Source: Eledone cirrhosa
Taxonomy: Eukaryota
Reading direction: 5' to 3'
DNA: 64,000 nucleotides
Assembly (NCBI GenBank): GCA_964016885.1
Contig: OZ024745.1
Coordinates: forward strand, 49,662,001-49,726,000
A program made the position numbers and the translations under genes. Of this stretch, positions 1-15,436 are shown in pieces. Numbering within the stretch: position 1 is the first letter of the stretch; every line of letters begins with the position of its first letter. Under the pieces are notes generated by a model. It made no database searches, was not told the DNA's origin, and was given only the letters and a program-made list of their open reading frames with translations.

Positions 1-118
1 CTTTATTTCACGTTGCTCCTTCTACCTGGAGTTGCGACCGATAGATAGTATTAACAATTGGAAAGACCAACGGAAACATTGTTCCCTCGGTCCGATTTGA
101 CGAAAGTCGATCGACTTC

Positions 119-1158
<1,040 letters not shown>

Positions 1159-1177
1159 GCATATATATATATATATA

Positions 1178-1362
1178 ACTGTTTCTACTTTAGGCACAAG
1201 GCCAGCAATTATCCCAGTGTATTACTGGTACTTTATTTTATCTACCCCATAAGGATGAAAGGCAAAGTTAACCTCGGCGGGATTTGAACTCAGACTGTAA
1301 AGGGACGTAACTATGCTAGAAAGCATGGCGTCCAACCCTCTACCGATACTGCCAATTCACCA
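1178..1362 (-). mobile_element. tRNA-derived SINE
   Basis: Minus strand reads TGGCAGTATCGG...GAGTTCAAATCCC (A/B-box-like), then GCCTTTCATCCTTAYGGGGTMGATAAAATAAAGTACCAG; near-identical copies at 42535-42725, 50055-50235 and 55565-55750. Confidence 0.85.
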
Positions 1363-1687
1363 TATATATATATAACGGCGATGAATTAGTTTTGCGAGGT
1401 TTTTGATGGCGTAAGCATACAATTCAACGGGAGGAAACATAATAGCACCACTCACGATGTTGCAGATATGCAACGAAAGAACTTTGTTAGACTATATATA
1501 TGTGTTTGTGTCTATATTGTATCTGTATTTTTGACCGTTGGTCAGTCAATGGTAACATTGAGGACCAAATAAATTAAATTAACCGATATAAAAGACACAG
1601 AAGCGAAAAATTACCAAACAGTGAGTGTGTTCTGTTATTAATTCTGGCAATATTATTACACAAATATGACCCTCCCCAAGTATAACA

Positions 1688-1772
<85 letters not shown>

Positions 1773-3103
1773 AAAGTATATCCTGAGCTATCTACTATAT
1801 CAGCAAGAAAACTGAAAATAATATTCATTTCTAACAATTCTACAAGGCCCCATATTTTTGGAGAGAATATTGACGATTAAATAGGCCCTAGAACGTATTC
1901 CAATTTCATCTGCCTTAAGAGATATAGTATAAACTCACCCTGGACACGACGCCAGTTAATCGCAAGATTAACCTTCCTGTTGCTGTAGTTGGGTTCAGGA
2001 ATGAAACTCATGCCCTCACGACGATAAACCCATTGTCGTCAAGCTACCAAGTTTCGCCCCTTCTTCACTGCTACTTTGTTCTAACGACTCAAAAGGATAA
2101 AAAGCAATGTTGACCTCAGCGTAATTAAATGTCGCATGAGGAAAATTATATTACTTATTGACTAATATCGTTTTATATTACAATATATATTTTTTCACGT
2201 CGGGTGATCCATGCACTAAATTATAATGGAGTCGCCGTCAGTTTCGACGATCAGTAGCATTCAGTTGTTCGATCAACAGGATGTCGAGCTCGCGAATTAA
2301 TTCATAAATGATTGAGTATTTGCCTTAGCGTAATTCCTACGACCTTGAATCATAGGTACAGTTCATCGGACTAGCTTCTGTACAGTTCCGTGTATCAATT
2401 TACACAAAAAAAAAAAAAAGATTGGATCAACTCAAAGCTATGATAAAAATTACTATACTGTGATAGAACCTATAACCTCATGATTGTGAAGTGATCTTCT
2501 TAACCATTCAGGCATATTTATGCCACCGGATATTAAATATGGTAATACAGGCTTCACTTTTAATTAAACTAGCTAGTTTCTCCTGTTTGATAAAAAAAAA
2601 AAAGAGAAAAAAAAGGTAGTCTAATGTGGGTAGCGCTTGATGAAAATATTACGTAACTATATTACTCTGATAAAAATGTATAGTAAATTATTGCAACTAT
2701 TATATATGTCTCACTGCACAAAGATTGGGATGGATATTATTACTTTTAGTCTATCATAATATACATTGAATTAGAATTTTCTTCGAAATGATAGTTTTAA
2801 AAAAAGAAATCTCATAGTTATCTCCCTTTATAATTATTTTTCCCAAAGAATTACACCCCCCCCCCCTCACCCCTCCATCAATTGCTTCCCGATTCTGTTC
2901 CCCACTACGAGTGCAGTGATTCCGCATATTTTCTCTTCAGTGCATTGAGACTGGTCAAAACGAAAAGGTCGCAGGCAAACACACACACACATAAACATAC
3001 ATATACAAACACACACACACACACACACCACACACACACACAAACATACATACATATACAAACACACAGACACAGGCACACGCGCATACATACACAGACA
3101 TAC

Positions 3104-3138
<35 letters not shown>

Positions 3139-3377
3139 GGTAGTGAAAAACCGGGAGGTTGAATCCAAAGTTGGTAGAACACACATTTAATGATCGATCA
3201 TTCCTCGAGCTGATCGGCAGTGAAACATATGTAATATGTAATTAAATATGTATATGATGCAACACTGATTCTTTGTTCCCTTATATATTAATATTATTGA
3301 TATTCTGCTCCCCGCGAGCATCGAGTACTCATCTTGGCATACCGCCTACGGACGCAATTAATTTGCACCTCTAATAC

Positions 3378-3434
<57 letters not shown>

Positions 3435-3479
3435 GTGTGTGTGTAAGGTCGCTCTTCGGCGCGACTGGTAACATGTAAC

Positions 3480-4790
3480 CCAGTACAACTTGTCCATGGT
3501 CGGATGGATTTGTGGCTTGGGGCATTGTCCTGATGCAGGTAACACTGAGCAGACTTGAAGAGTTCCGGTCTCTTGCGACGAAAACTTTCTGGACTGCCTC
3601 AAAATCTCTACATAGTACTCTTTGTTGATTGTCTTGGTGTGGGGGTGTAGATGATGCCCTTGCTTTCTAAGAATGGGATCATCATGAGCGTCAATGGGTC
3701 TTGGGGAGTTAGAATGTTTCCACTGGGCAATCTGTCGCTTGGTCTCTAGATCATAACAGTAAAGCCAGCTCTCGTCACAGATTACCAGAGACTCAAGGAC
3801 ACTTGGATTCGAAGCGATCCACTCGACCATCTCTCTGCTGACCTTATTATGTACCCTGCCTCTATCTTTGTTCTTATTATGCACCCTGCCTCTATCTTTG
3901 ATCTTATTATGCACTCTGCCTCTATCTTTGATCTTATTATGTACCCTGCCTCTATCTTTGTTCTTATTATGCACCCTGCCTCTATCTTTGATCTTATTAT
4001 GCACCCTGCCTCTATCTTTGATCTTATTATGCACCCTGCCTCTATCTTTGATCTTATTATGTACCCTGCCTCTATCTTTGTTCTTATTATGCACCCTGCC
4101 TTTTGATCTTATTATGCACCCTGCCTCTATCTTTGATCTTATTATGCACCCTGCCTCTATCTTTGATCTTATTATGCACCCTGCCTCTATCTTTGTTCTT
4201 ATTATGCACCCTGCCTCTATCTTTGATCTTATTATGCACCCTGCCTCTATCTTTGATCTTATTATGCACCCTGCCTCTATCTTTGATCTTATTATGCACC
4301 CTGCCTCTATCTTTGTTCTTATTATGCACCCTGCCTCTATCTTTGTTCTTATTATGCACCCTGGGAATAAATTTTGCACAAACTTCGCGCATGTTCAGAT
4401 GGTCATGAATGACTATGTGCACAGTCCCCTCACCAACTGCCAATTGTTTAGTAATCGTCAAAAGAGAGGCACGACGGTCCTCATCCAGAACTTTTCGAAT
4501 TTTGTCAACCAACTTTAGCATCCTAATGTCCCTCTCCCTGCCACATCTCATGTCATCCATCACCTCTCCCTGCCACATCTCATGTCATCCATCACCTCTC
4601 CCTGCCTTCTTGGAACCTCTTAACCAGTGGAAAACAATCACCCAGCTCGTGAAAGTTAATCTGAAAGCAATTTTGACTATTTCATAAGTTTCTGCATCAT
4701 TTTTGCCAAGCTTGACAGTATATGGAGCATCCAAGTTGTCCTCACGTCCCAACTGCATTGTGGAACCAGTCAGCTGTGACAAGACGTGTG
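3480..4790 (-). mobile_element. Degenerate mariner (Tc1/mariner) transposase relic
   Basis: Fragments KLGKNDAETYE, DDMRCGR..KVLDEDRR..TVHIVIHDHLNMREVCAKFIPRV (WVPHEL-like linker), VICDESWLYCYDLETKRQIAQWK (first catalytic D), TINKEYYVEILR; frameshifted. Confidence 0.85.
3843..4362. repeat. 30-bp minisatellite, ~17 units, inside the mariner coding region
   Basis: Unit CTTATTATGCACCCTGCCTCTATCTTTG(A/T)T; one 25-bp deleted unit at 4083-4107. Confidence 0.95.
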
Positions 4791-5029
4791 ACGGGTAGTT
4801 TTTAAAGTATTGTAGTAGCCCGAACCTTCAATCTGGAAAAAAAAAAAAAAAAAAAGAATCTCCATGTTAGCTTATTATAATCATACCACTGGTGTATTAT
4901 GACAGTTACGTAAGGTCAATTAAAAGTGCCTGAAATGAAAGTCTCAAAACTTCTTGCGTGTACCTCCGCACCCTCTGTGTACCAGTCACAATCGGGATCT
5001 CTAGCATCCTTGATCCCCACATTCATGAT

Positions 5030-5200
5030 TTCTTCGGTAAAGTCGGAATGACAGTACCCCGCTTGAGGAGGGAAGTCCGTGAGGTGGGGTGGCTGTTGCA
5101 GCGTGTGTCTCTGGCCATTCTCCGTGACAACGCTTTTACCGTTTTGTCAGCGGGAGCGGCTGGGGTAACTCTCCTCTCCCTTTCTTTTGTTAATTGATCT
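5030..5200 (+). mobile_element. 3' fragment of CRE-clade (RLE) non-LTR retrotransposon
   Basis: REVGWLLQRVSLAILRDNAFTVLSAG, matching the C-terminus of the copy at 5640-6564. Confidence 0.7.
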
Positions 5201-5503
5201 TTCTTTTTCCCCTTTTCATTTTCTTTTTATATTATCCAAGTGGTTTCTCGTTCAGATATGAAGCTATAAAGCAATAAAATAAAGATTCAGCAATTTATAT
5301 ACATGGACATGTATGACTAATATATTAACATTTCATATGGTCAAAGGGAGATTACTCGAAAATGCTTATAAAATGGGTTTTGATAAAGATGAGGGTAATA
5401 ACATTGAATGCATTTAAATGTGTGTGTGTGTGGGTGTGTGTGTAAGTGTGTGTGAGGTGTGTGTGTATGTGTGAGTGTGTATATACATACATACATACAT
5501 ACA

Positions 5504-5539
<36 letters not shown>

Positions 5540-5639
5540 TATACACACACACACACATACATTTAAATGCATTCAATGTTATTCCATCATCAGTGACAAT
5601 AACAACCTCTGGGTCATTCCACTGGGAACAACCCCAAAC

Positions 5640-6600
5640 ACAATAGAACCCTCTGTATTCAGAGAACGTGAGGTCGCCTGTGAGACGTGGGACAGGCTGG
5701 AACTTAGCCCGGTAGACGTCCCTCCTCCTTCTCCCCCTGCTGACGTTAAGTCCCCCCAAAGCGTATGGGATGCCATCCAGTGCAACCTGGCCTCAGACAT
5801 GCTCACGCGCTAGATCGACCAGCACCGCCTTGCCTGTTTTCGCGCGCCCTCCAAACTGGTGCCTGGCTCCATGCTTTGCCCTCCTTCTCCACTGGCACGC
5901 AGCTGGATAACGATAGCCTACGCATCGGCGTTTCCTTGAGGCTTGGACTCCGAATCTGCGAGCCACATAAATGTCACTGTGGATCCACCGTGGACTCTTT
6001 CAGACTCCACCCGCTTTCCTGTTGCCACAGTGCCGGCTGTCTTCCATACCATGCTGCCCTCAACAAGGTAATTAAGCATGGCTTGGAAGCTGCAGGCTTC
6101 TATTCCCAGCTCGAGCCGGTGGGACTGACAAAAGCCGAGGGGATGGCAAAAGGCCAGACGGCATGACCATCTTCCCGTTCCGTAGTGACAAACCCCTCGT
6201 CTGGGATGCCACTTGCAGCGACACTTTCTCCAGCTGCAACCTGGTGCAGTCTGCGACTAACCCAGGTTCTGCTGCGCGTCGGGCTGAGGAGGCCAAATTT
6301 TCCAAGTACCGGTCACTCTCCGACAGGTTCGCGGTCGTGCTCTTGGCAGTGGAGACAAAAGGTGTCCTTGGCCCTAGGGCTACCTCCCTATTCACCTCCA
6401 CAGGCGCTGAGCTAGCCAGCCGTAGGTGTGATCCTCGCGAGTTGGAATGGCTCTTCCAACGCATCCCCCTTACGATCCTCCGAGGAAACGCCTTCTCTAT
6501 CCTGTCCGCCGGGGCTGTGGGTAGGCCAGCATGTGGGGCCCCATTTGCTCACCATACCGATTAATAGGCAAAGTTATAAACTATTGTAAATAAATAATTG
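5640..6600 (+). mobile_element. CRE-clade non-LTR retrotransposon 3' part (zinc knuckle + restriction-like endonuclease), frameshifted
   Basis: GAWLHALPS..LRLGLRICEPHKCHCG..HPLSC..H, GDGKRPDGMT..LVWDATC..AEEAKFSKY..AVETKG..WLFQRIPLTILRGNA. Confidence 0.85.
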
Positions 6601-6680
6601 TTCCAAGCCAAGTTATGTATTGGAAAGATTGCTCCACATTGGAACCAGAATTTATTTCTGTTTATAAAGTCCCTCCTCTT

Positions 6681-6755
6681 CCACCACCACCACCACCACC
6701 ACCACCACCACCACCACCACCACCACCACCACCACCACCACCACCACCACCACCT
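6681..6755. repeat. (CAC)n trinucleotide microsatellite
   Basis: Direct; explains the poly-His/poly-Pro ORFs. Confidence 0.95.
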
Positions 6756-6899
6756 CCTATTAAATTTTTTTTTGTTAATTTCAAAGTAATTGTGTTGGAA
6801 TAAATATTATCTATATTTAATAACTAGAAATCACTATATATATATATATATAAATTATATATTATATATATATTATATATATATAATATATAATATATA

Positions 6900-7379
6900 T
6901 ATAAGTATGTATACGTACATACATATATGTATACAGACGTACAGTAGTATGTATATATATATATACATACATGCACACATATATATATGTACGTATGGAT
7001 TCACCGAACATTTATTATAATGCTCGGTGTGTTTGTAAACAAACATCCCGAATTAAGCCGTACAGTGTCTAGCAACCATCGTTGCTCATTTGTTCAACAC
7101 TGACAAAGGAACGCTGTACTAGTTTCAAGCTTATTAGATATCGTCAGCAAAGTATACCTTCCTGCCAGATGGTTGAACGTCTGAAAGTATATACTTTCCT
7201 TATGCATATTAACGGCGGAGCAGCCTAATTTGCATATCGAGTGAGTTAATCGGCCGGGGTACCGAAAACGATAAACGGAAAAAAATGAAACGAAATTTCA
7301 TTTCTCATTCTTAGTACGGCTGTTACTTAAATATAAGTATGTATACGTACATACATATATGTATACAGACGTACAGTAG

Positions 7380-7439
<60 letters not shown>

Positions 7440-8380
7440 CATGCACACATATATATGTACGTATGGATTCACCGAACATTTATTATAATGCTTGTTGTGT
7501 TTGTAAACAAACATCCCGAATTAAGCCGTACAGTGTCTAGCAATCAGCGTTGCTCATTTGTTCAACACTAACAAAGGAACGCTGTACTAGTTTCAAGCTT
7601 ATTAGCTATCGTCAGCAACATATACCTTCCTGCCAGATGGTTGAAGGTCTGAAAGTATATACTTTCCTTATGCATATTAACGGCGGAGCAGCATAATTTG
7701 CATATCGAGTGAGTTAATCGGCCGGGGTACCGAAAACAATAAACGGAAACAATGAAGCAAAATTTCATTTCTCACTCTTAGTACGGCTGTTACTTAAATA
7801 TAAGTATATAAATAAGAAAATAATATAATATATAATAAGAAAATAAATGTTCGGTGAATCCATACGTACATATATATATGTGTGAATGTATGTATATATA
7901 TATATACATACTACTGTACGTCTGTATACATATATGTATGTACGTATACATACTTGTATTTAAGTAACAGCCGTACTAAGAGTGAGAAATGAAATTTCGT
8001 TTCATTTTTTCCGTTTATCGTTTTCGGTACCCCGGCCGATTAATTCACTCGATATGCAAATTAGGCTGCTCAATCGTTAATATGCATAAGGAAAGTATAT
8101 ACTTTCAGACGTTCAACCATCTGGCAGGAAGGTATATGTTGCTGACGATAGCTAATAAGCTTGAAACTAGTACAGCGTTCCTTTGTCAATGTTGAACAAA
8201 TGAGCAACGATGGTTGCTAGACACTACGGCTTAATTCGGGATGTTTGTTTACAAACGCACCGAGCATTATAATAAATGTTCGGTGAATCTATATGTACAT
8301 ATATATATCTGTGCATGTATGTATATATATATATATACATACTACTGTACGTCTGTATACATATATGTATGTACGTATAT
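6900..8380. repeat. ~430-470-bp unit: two tandem copies (6900-7330, 7330-7808) plus one inverted copy (7845-8380); retrozyme/pseudo-LTR-like
   Basis: Shared sequence GGATTCACCGAACATTTATT...GTACGGCTGTTACTTAAAT; each copy carries a hammerhead motif; a fourth copy lies at 12865-13237. Confidence 0.9.
8136..8178 (+). ncRNA. Minimal type I hammerhead ribozyme (other copies on minus at 7111-7152, 7579-7621, 13073-13115)
   Basis: atgttg-CTGACGA-t-agct-aata-agct-t-GAAA-ctag-TA-cagcgt: 6-bp stem I, palindromic CTAG stem III. Confidence 0.75.
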
Positions 8381-8388
8381 ATATATAT

Positions 8389-8420
<32 letters not shown>

Positions 8421-8938
8421 ATATATTATATATATATATATTATATATATATATATTATATATATATATTATATATATATATATTATATATATATTATAT
8501 ATATATATATTATATATATATTATATATATATATATATTATATATATATATTATATATATATATATAATATATATATATTATATATATATTATATATATA
8601 TTATATATATATATATATATTATATATATATATATATTATATATATATATTATATATATATATTATATATATATATATATTATATATATATATTATATAT
8701 ATATATATATTATATATATATATTATATATATATATATATTATATATATATATATTATATATATATATTATATATATATTATATATATATTATATATATA
8801 TATTATATATATATTATATATATATTATATATATATATTATATATATATTATATATATATTATATATATATTATATATATATTATATATATATATATTAT
8901 ATATATATATTATATATATATATATTATATATATATTA

Positions 8939-10182
8939 GTAAACGGAATAGAAAATGCTGACAAATTGTTCACAGTTGAAAAATGGTTTAATTAGGAATA
9001 AAAGAGTATTAGTGATTGTATGGGTTAGTATTCAGTTGTGGTTTTAAGTTTTTAAGTTTTTACCGGTTGCGCATTTCTAAATGCTTTTCAAAAATAATTT
9101 TGATATAGAGTGTCCGTGTTGTTTGCTCTGATCTGATTAGTTTTGGGAATTCTACCTGTTTTTATGTTAAAAAAGTGGCTCCAGCGTTACTTTGGTGTTG
9201 CAAAAATTCTTGTGGTCAAAACAATTGCCACCCTAGACACGTTAAAATTAATATTCCCTACAACTTAACCAAGAGAGTCTGTACTATAGTCTCCAATAAA
9301 AGCATCTGCTACTTACGGCTACAAGAACTAAAGGACACACTCATAGGCAGGGACTACCCTGCATCACTAATTGACAATGGAATCCAACGTGCCCTAAAAC
9401 TCAGTACCCAGGACCTTAGACACACTAAAGTAAATCAACCGAAACTAAAAGCTCTTCCATACATCTCCACACACAACCCCCTCAACAATGAGGCCTTTGA
9501 CACCATTCTCCAGAACATCCCTGTGTTGAAAAAGGACCATAGAATGAACCAAATTCTACGAACACACGATATCATAAAGAGCAAAAGACAATCCAAGTCA
9601 ATGAAAAACATCCTAACACATGCCAAAGTACTGCCAACCACAACAACGAAACCCATAGTAAAAAAATGCGATAGACCCAACTGTGGCATTTGCATCAACC
9701 TAATAGAGGGTTCGGAATTCTATTTCAAAGATGGACAACGTTTTATAGTAAAACACAATTTCACATGTGCATCGGAAAATCTAATATATGTATTAACTTG
9801 CTCAGGTTGTCGAGAACAATACATAGGCCAGACCAAAAACAGCCTCCGCCTACGCATGACTGTCCATAGATCCCAAATTAAAATACGGGAATACAGGAAA
9901 ATACCACTGAGTGAACACATTGATACCTGTGCCGCCCAAAATCATCCCAGCTTCAGAATCCTTCCTTTCTACAAATTTAAAGATAATGCCACCTACACCC
10001 AGCGCATCAGCAAGGAATCTTACTTCATTAACAAATACGGACCCCGTCTAAACACTTCTCCCTAAGACGAACCCACAACATACACACGTCAACATACATA
10101 CCTACATCAGCACACATCTCTACCCACATATAAACACAATGACATACGTAAACACACATGCTCTATGGTGCAACACAAAAAA

Positions 10183-10236
<54 letters not shown>

Positions 10237-10365
10237 ATATATATATAGTGAATATCATTTCACACCTTTTATTGTTAAGATTTTTAATGTTCTATTAAGA
10301 GAACCGATTTTACTGAAAAAATCGAATAATGTACACCATTTTACCAGGGGGAAAAAAATACTGGT

Positions 10366-10408
<43 letters not shown>

Positions 10409-10583
10409 CACACACACACATACACACGCGTACATTAACATACAAAGAGACTTATACACACACACACACGCACTTCTCCGTATAAGACAAAAGCTGAAAA
10501 ATATCTTTTGACATGCTAAAATACCCCCCATTGCTTTCAGACACATTCTTACTGACCATCCCTGCTACCACGAATTACTCTGC

Positions 10584-10622
<39 letters not shown>

Positions 10623-10691
10623 ATCTTAATAGCCATTTGACACACATCCCTGCTAACCATTATCACAACATCGAACACCTTACTACTACTA

Positions 10692-10755
<64 letters not shown>

Positions 10756-11118
10756 TTGTTGTGAAAGAGTCATTTCTCAATCTTGGCGCAAAACCAATTT
10801 TTTATTCACATGACCTCTACCGACCAATCAAAATTGTTTTGACCACAAGAATTTTTGCAAACACCAAGTAGCGCTGGAGCCACTTTTTTAACATAAAAAC
10901 AGGTAGAATTCCCAAAACTAATCAGATCAGAGCAAACAACACGGACACTCTATATCAAAATTATTTTTGAAAAGCATTTAGAAATGCGCAACCGGTAAAA
11001 ACTTAAAAACTTAAAACCACAACTGAATACTAACCCATACAATCACTAATACTCTTTTATTCCTAATTAAACCATTTTTCAACTGTGAACAATTTGTCAG
11101 CATTTTCTATTCCGTTTA
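8939..11118 (+). mobile_element. 5'-truncated Penelope-like element (Neptune-type, CxxC before GIY-YIG) with inverted pseudo-LTR
   Basis: 8939-9225 is the reverse complement of 10832-11118 and flanks a thumb/GIY-YIG frame. Confidence 0.85.
9226..10065 (+). CDS. Penelope-like RT thumb + zinc finger + GIY-YIG endonuclease (partial)
   Basis: CHPRHVKINIPYN..RDYP; CDRPNCGIC; NFTCASENLIYVLTCSGCREQYIGQT..LRLRMTVHRS..E.YFI...LN. Confidence 0.85.
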   Translation, partial: CHPRHVKINIPYNLTKRVCTIVSNKSICYLRLQELKDTLIGRDYPASLIDNGIQRALKLSTQDLRHTKVNQPKLKALPYISTHNPLNNEAFDTILQNIPVLKKDHRMNQILRTHDIIKSKRQSKSMKNILTHAKVLPTTTTKPIVKKCDRPNCGICINLIEGSEFYFKDGQRFIVKHNFTCASENLIYVLTCSGCREQYIGQTKNSLRLRMTVHRSQIKIREYRKIPLSEHIDTCAAQNHPSFRILPFYKFKDNATYTQRISKESYFINKYGPRLNTSP

Positions 11119-11249
11119 CCAATATATAATAACTTGTGTGTTACACCTCTATTCTTTTAACTATTATATATATATTATATATATATATATTATATATATA
11201 TATATATATATTTTATATATATATATATATATTATATATATATACATAT

Positions 11250-11304
<55 letters not shown>

Positions 11305-11530
11305 ATTATATATTTTATATATATATATATACTATATATATATATATTATATATATATTATATATATATATTATATATATTATATATATATTATATATAT
11401 ATTATATATATTATATATATATTATATATATTATATATATATTATATATATTATATATATATTATATATGTTATTTCATTTATATATATAATATATATAA
11501 TATATATATGTAATATATATAATATATATA

Positions 11531-11618
<88 letters not shown>

Positions 11619-11684
11619 ATAATATACCCGTCTAACCCATGCTAGAGTGGAAAACGGACGTTAAACGAAGATGATGATGATGAT

Positions 11685-12250
11685 TAGTAAAAGGAAAAGA
11701 AAATGCTGACAAATTTTTCCCAGTGAAAAATAGTTTAATTAGGAATAAGTATAAATTAGTAATAAGTATTGGTTAGTATTCAGTTTTAGTTTTAAGTTTT
11801 TACCGATTGCGCATTTCTAATGCTTTTCAAAGATAATTTTGAGATAGAGCGCTCGTGATGTTTGCTCTGATGTTTGCTCTAATCTGATCAGTTTTGGAAA
11901 TTCTTCCTACTTTATGTGAAAAAAGTGGCTCCAGAGGTATTAAGATTTGGTTGGTTGTTGAATGTCACGTGAATGAGTACTATAAATTTCGCACCAATTC
12001 GTGTTGCAAAAATTCTTGTAGTCAAAACAATTTTGATTGGTCGGTAGATGTCACGTAAATGTTAAAAATTGATTTTACGCCAAATGTAGGTTTGTCGAAG
12101 AGTGTCCTTTTCGCCTGATTGAGAAGTCACTGAAAAATAAGTTTATTAAGACAAATATGTGTGTGTGTGTGTGTGTAGTAAAGAGGTTCATTGTTGTGAT
12201 AATGGTCAGTAGAGATGTAAGTGTGAATTGCAGTCATGTTGAAAGGTCAC
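11685..12250 (-). mobile_element. Diverged copy of the same Penelope pseudo-LTR/3' region
   Basis: Similar to 8939-9225 (GAAAATGCTGACAAAT..., AAAAAGTGGCTCCAG, GTGTTGCAAAAATTCTTGT) and to 10560-10830. Confidence 0.75.
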
Positions 12251-12259
12251 CAGTATATA

Positions 12260-12292
<33 letters not shown>

Positions 12293-12293
12293 A

Positions 12294-12338
<45 letters not shown>

Positions 12339-12383
12339 ATATATTATAAATATATATTATATATATTATATATATATATATAT

Positions 12384-12415
<32 letters not shown>

Positions 12416-12498
12416 TTATTAAAATATATATATAATATATATATATATTTATTAAAATATATATATAATATATATATATATAATATATATATATATAG

Positions 12499-12552
<54 letters not shown>

Positions 12553-12864
12553 ATATATATATATACAATATATATATAATCCATACGTACATATATATAT
12601 GTGTGCATGTATGTATATATACATACTACTGTGCGTCTGTATACATATATGTATGTATGTATACATACTTATATATATATATATTATATATATATATATA
12701 TTTATATATATATTATATATATATATTATATATATATTATATATATATATATATTATATATATATATTGTATACATATATATATATTGTATATATATATA
12801 TATATATACAATATATATATATATACAATATATAAATATATATATATATATAATATATATATAT

Positions 12865-13237
12865 ATAAGTATGTATACGTACATACATATATGTATACAG
12901 ACGCACAGTAGTATGTATATATATATATACATACATGCACACATATATATATGTACGTATGGATTCACCGAACATTTATTATAATGCTCGGTGTGTTTGT
13001 AAACAAACATCCCGTATAAAGCTGCAGTGTCTAGCAACCATCGTTGCTCATTTGTTCAACACTGACAAAGGAACGCTGTACTAGTTTCAAGCTTATTAGC
13101 TATCGTCAGCAACGTATAACTTCCTGCCAGATTGTTGAACGTATATACTTTCCCTATGCATATTAACGGCTGAGTAGCCCAATTTGCATATCGAGTGGGT
13201 TAATCGGCCGGGCGCACCGCGAAAACGATAAACGGAA
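12865..13237. repeat. Fourth copy of the hammerhead-bearing ~430-bp unit (with a short inverted piece at 12580-12670)
   Basis: High identity to 6900-7280. Confidence 0.85.
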
Positions 13238-13242
13238 TATAT

Positions 13243-13306
<64 letters not shown>

Positions 13307-13317
13307 TTAATATGTAT

Positions 13318-13401
<84 letters not shown>

Positions 13402-13409
13402 ATATATAT

Positions 13410-13443
<34 letters not shown>

Positions 13444-13515
13444 ATATATATATATATATAATATATATATATATATAATATATATATATATATAATATAT
13501 ATATATATATAATAT

Positions 13516-13547
<32 letters not shown>

Positions 13548-13578
13548 ATATGTATATATATATAGATATATATATATA

Positions 13579-15316
13579 GGAGGTATAAAGTTGATGGACC
13601 AGGTCATGAAAGTAACAGAAAGAGTTATAGCACAGCTGATTAGGGACCGGGTGAAAATAGACGAGATGCAATTTGGGTTTGTACCAGGAAGAGGCACCAC
13701 TGATGCCCTCTTCCTTGTGAGGCAATTACAGGAAAAGTACCTAGCTAAAAGTAAGCCACTCTATTTGGCATTTGTCGACCTTGAGAAAGCCTTTGACAGA
13801 GTTCCACGTGCTGTAATCTGGTAGGCTCTTAGAAAACTAGGAGTAGATGAATGGCTTGTGAAAGCGGTACAAGCCATGTATAGGGGAGCAGTCAGCAAAG
13901 TTAGGATTAGCAATGAGTATAGCGAGGAATTTAGCGTACAGGTTGGGGTCCACCAGGGCTCTGTTCTTAGCCCTCTCCTGTTCATCATAGTCCTACAGGC
14001 AATAACGGAGGAGTTTAAGACCGGATGCCCATGGGAACTCCTGTATGCTGATGACCTCGCACTCATAGCTGAATCTATGATAGAACTAGAGAATAAATTC
14101 CAAACCTGGAAGCAGGGACTAGAAAGAAAGGGTCTCAAAGTTAACATGACAAAGACTAAGGTCCTTGTAAGTAGACGAGAAAACAGAACCCAGATCCCCT
14201 CAGGGAAATGGCCTTGCTCAGTATGTAGGAAAGGTGTAGGTAGGAACTCCATTCTCTGCCCCAAATGCAAACAATGGGTACACAAGAGATGTAGCGGGAT
14301 CTCAGGAAGCTTAATTAAGAATGTAGGATTCACATGCAGCAGCTGTGCTGAGACAGCAAACAGCAAACAGCCGCAGGAAACAAGTACCACCAATCTCTGG
14401 GAAGGCCCTGTAGAAACAGTAGACAGCTTCTGCTACTTAGGTGACCGAATTAGCAACGGAGGTGGGTGTTCAGAAAGTGCAATAACTAGGGTAAGAACGG
14501 GATGGAAGAAGTTTAGGGAACTACTACCACTGCTAGCTGCAAAAGGCTTCTCCCTCAGAATGAAAGGCAGACTGTATGATGCGTGTATCCGAACAGCGAT
14601 GTTGCATGGTAGCGAAACCTGGGCGCTGAAGGTGGAAGACTTACGTAGATTAGAGAGAAACGAAGCCTGCATGCTCCGATGGATGTGTAACAATAATATA
14701 CGTGAACGACAAAGCATAAATGAATTGAGAGAGAGACTGAGCATAAGAGGAATCAAATGCTGTGTGCAGGAGAGGCGGTTGCGCTGGTATGGACATGTGA
14801 TGCGTATGAAGGATGACAGCTGCATAAAAAGGTGCAGAGCACTAGAAGTTGATGGAAACCGCGGAGTGGGGAGACCCAAGATGACCTGGGATGAGGTGAT
14901 AAAAGCCGACCTTACCCAATTACACCTCTCAAAGACAATGACACACGACCGTGACTTCTGGCGTCACGCAGTAATACAGAGTACCCGACCTCCCATGGGT
15001 ACAAGCTGAAGCATATAGACAATATGCCCCCACACCCCCCACCGCAAGGTGGTCGTGGAGGTGCCACGGCAAAAAAGCACCCAGCCCACACTGTAAAGTG
15101 GACGTGTAGGCGCCACGAAAAAGCACCCAGCACTCACTATAAATGAGGTTGGTGTTAGGAAGGGCATCCAGCTGTAGAAATCAAGCCAAATCAGTTCCTG
15201 TATGAGCAAGGCATGGTCAGCCGACCAGACACTGCGCACAACAGGACAACCCGTCTAACCCATGCTAGCGTGGAAGAACGGACGTAAAACGGTGATGATG
15301 GTGATGATGATGATGA
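13579..15316 (+). mobile_element. RTE-clade LINE, 5'-truncated (RT + Cys-rich PHD-like insert), one in-frame TAG at 13822-13824
   Basis: QFGFVPGRGTTDA, FVDLEKAFDRVPR, GVHQGSVLSP, LLYADD, CSVCRKGVGRNSILCPKCKQWVHKRC, LRWYGHV; (GAT)n tail. Confidence 0.92.
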
Positions 15317-15356
15317 TATAATATATATATATATATATATAATATGTATATATATT

Positions 15357-15436
<80 letters not shown>

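Noticed and set aside
3843-4362. CRISPR-like 30-bp array
   Set aside because: Contiguous tandem units with no spacers, eukaryotic context, derived from mariner sequence
6598-6803. Poly-His/poly-Pro ORFs
   Set aside because: (CAC)n microsatellite
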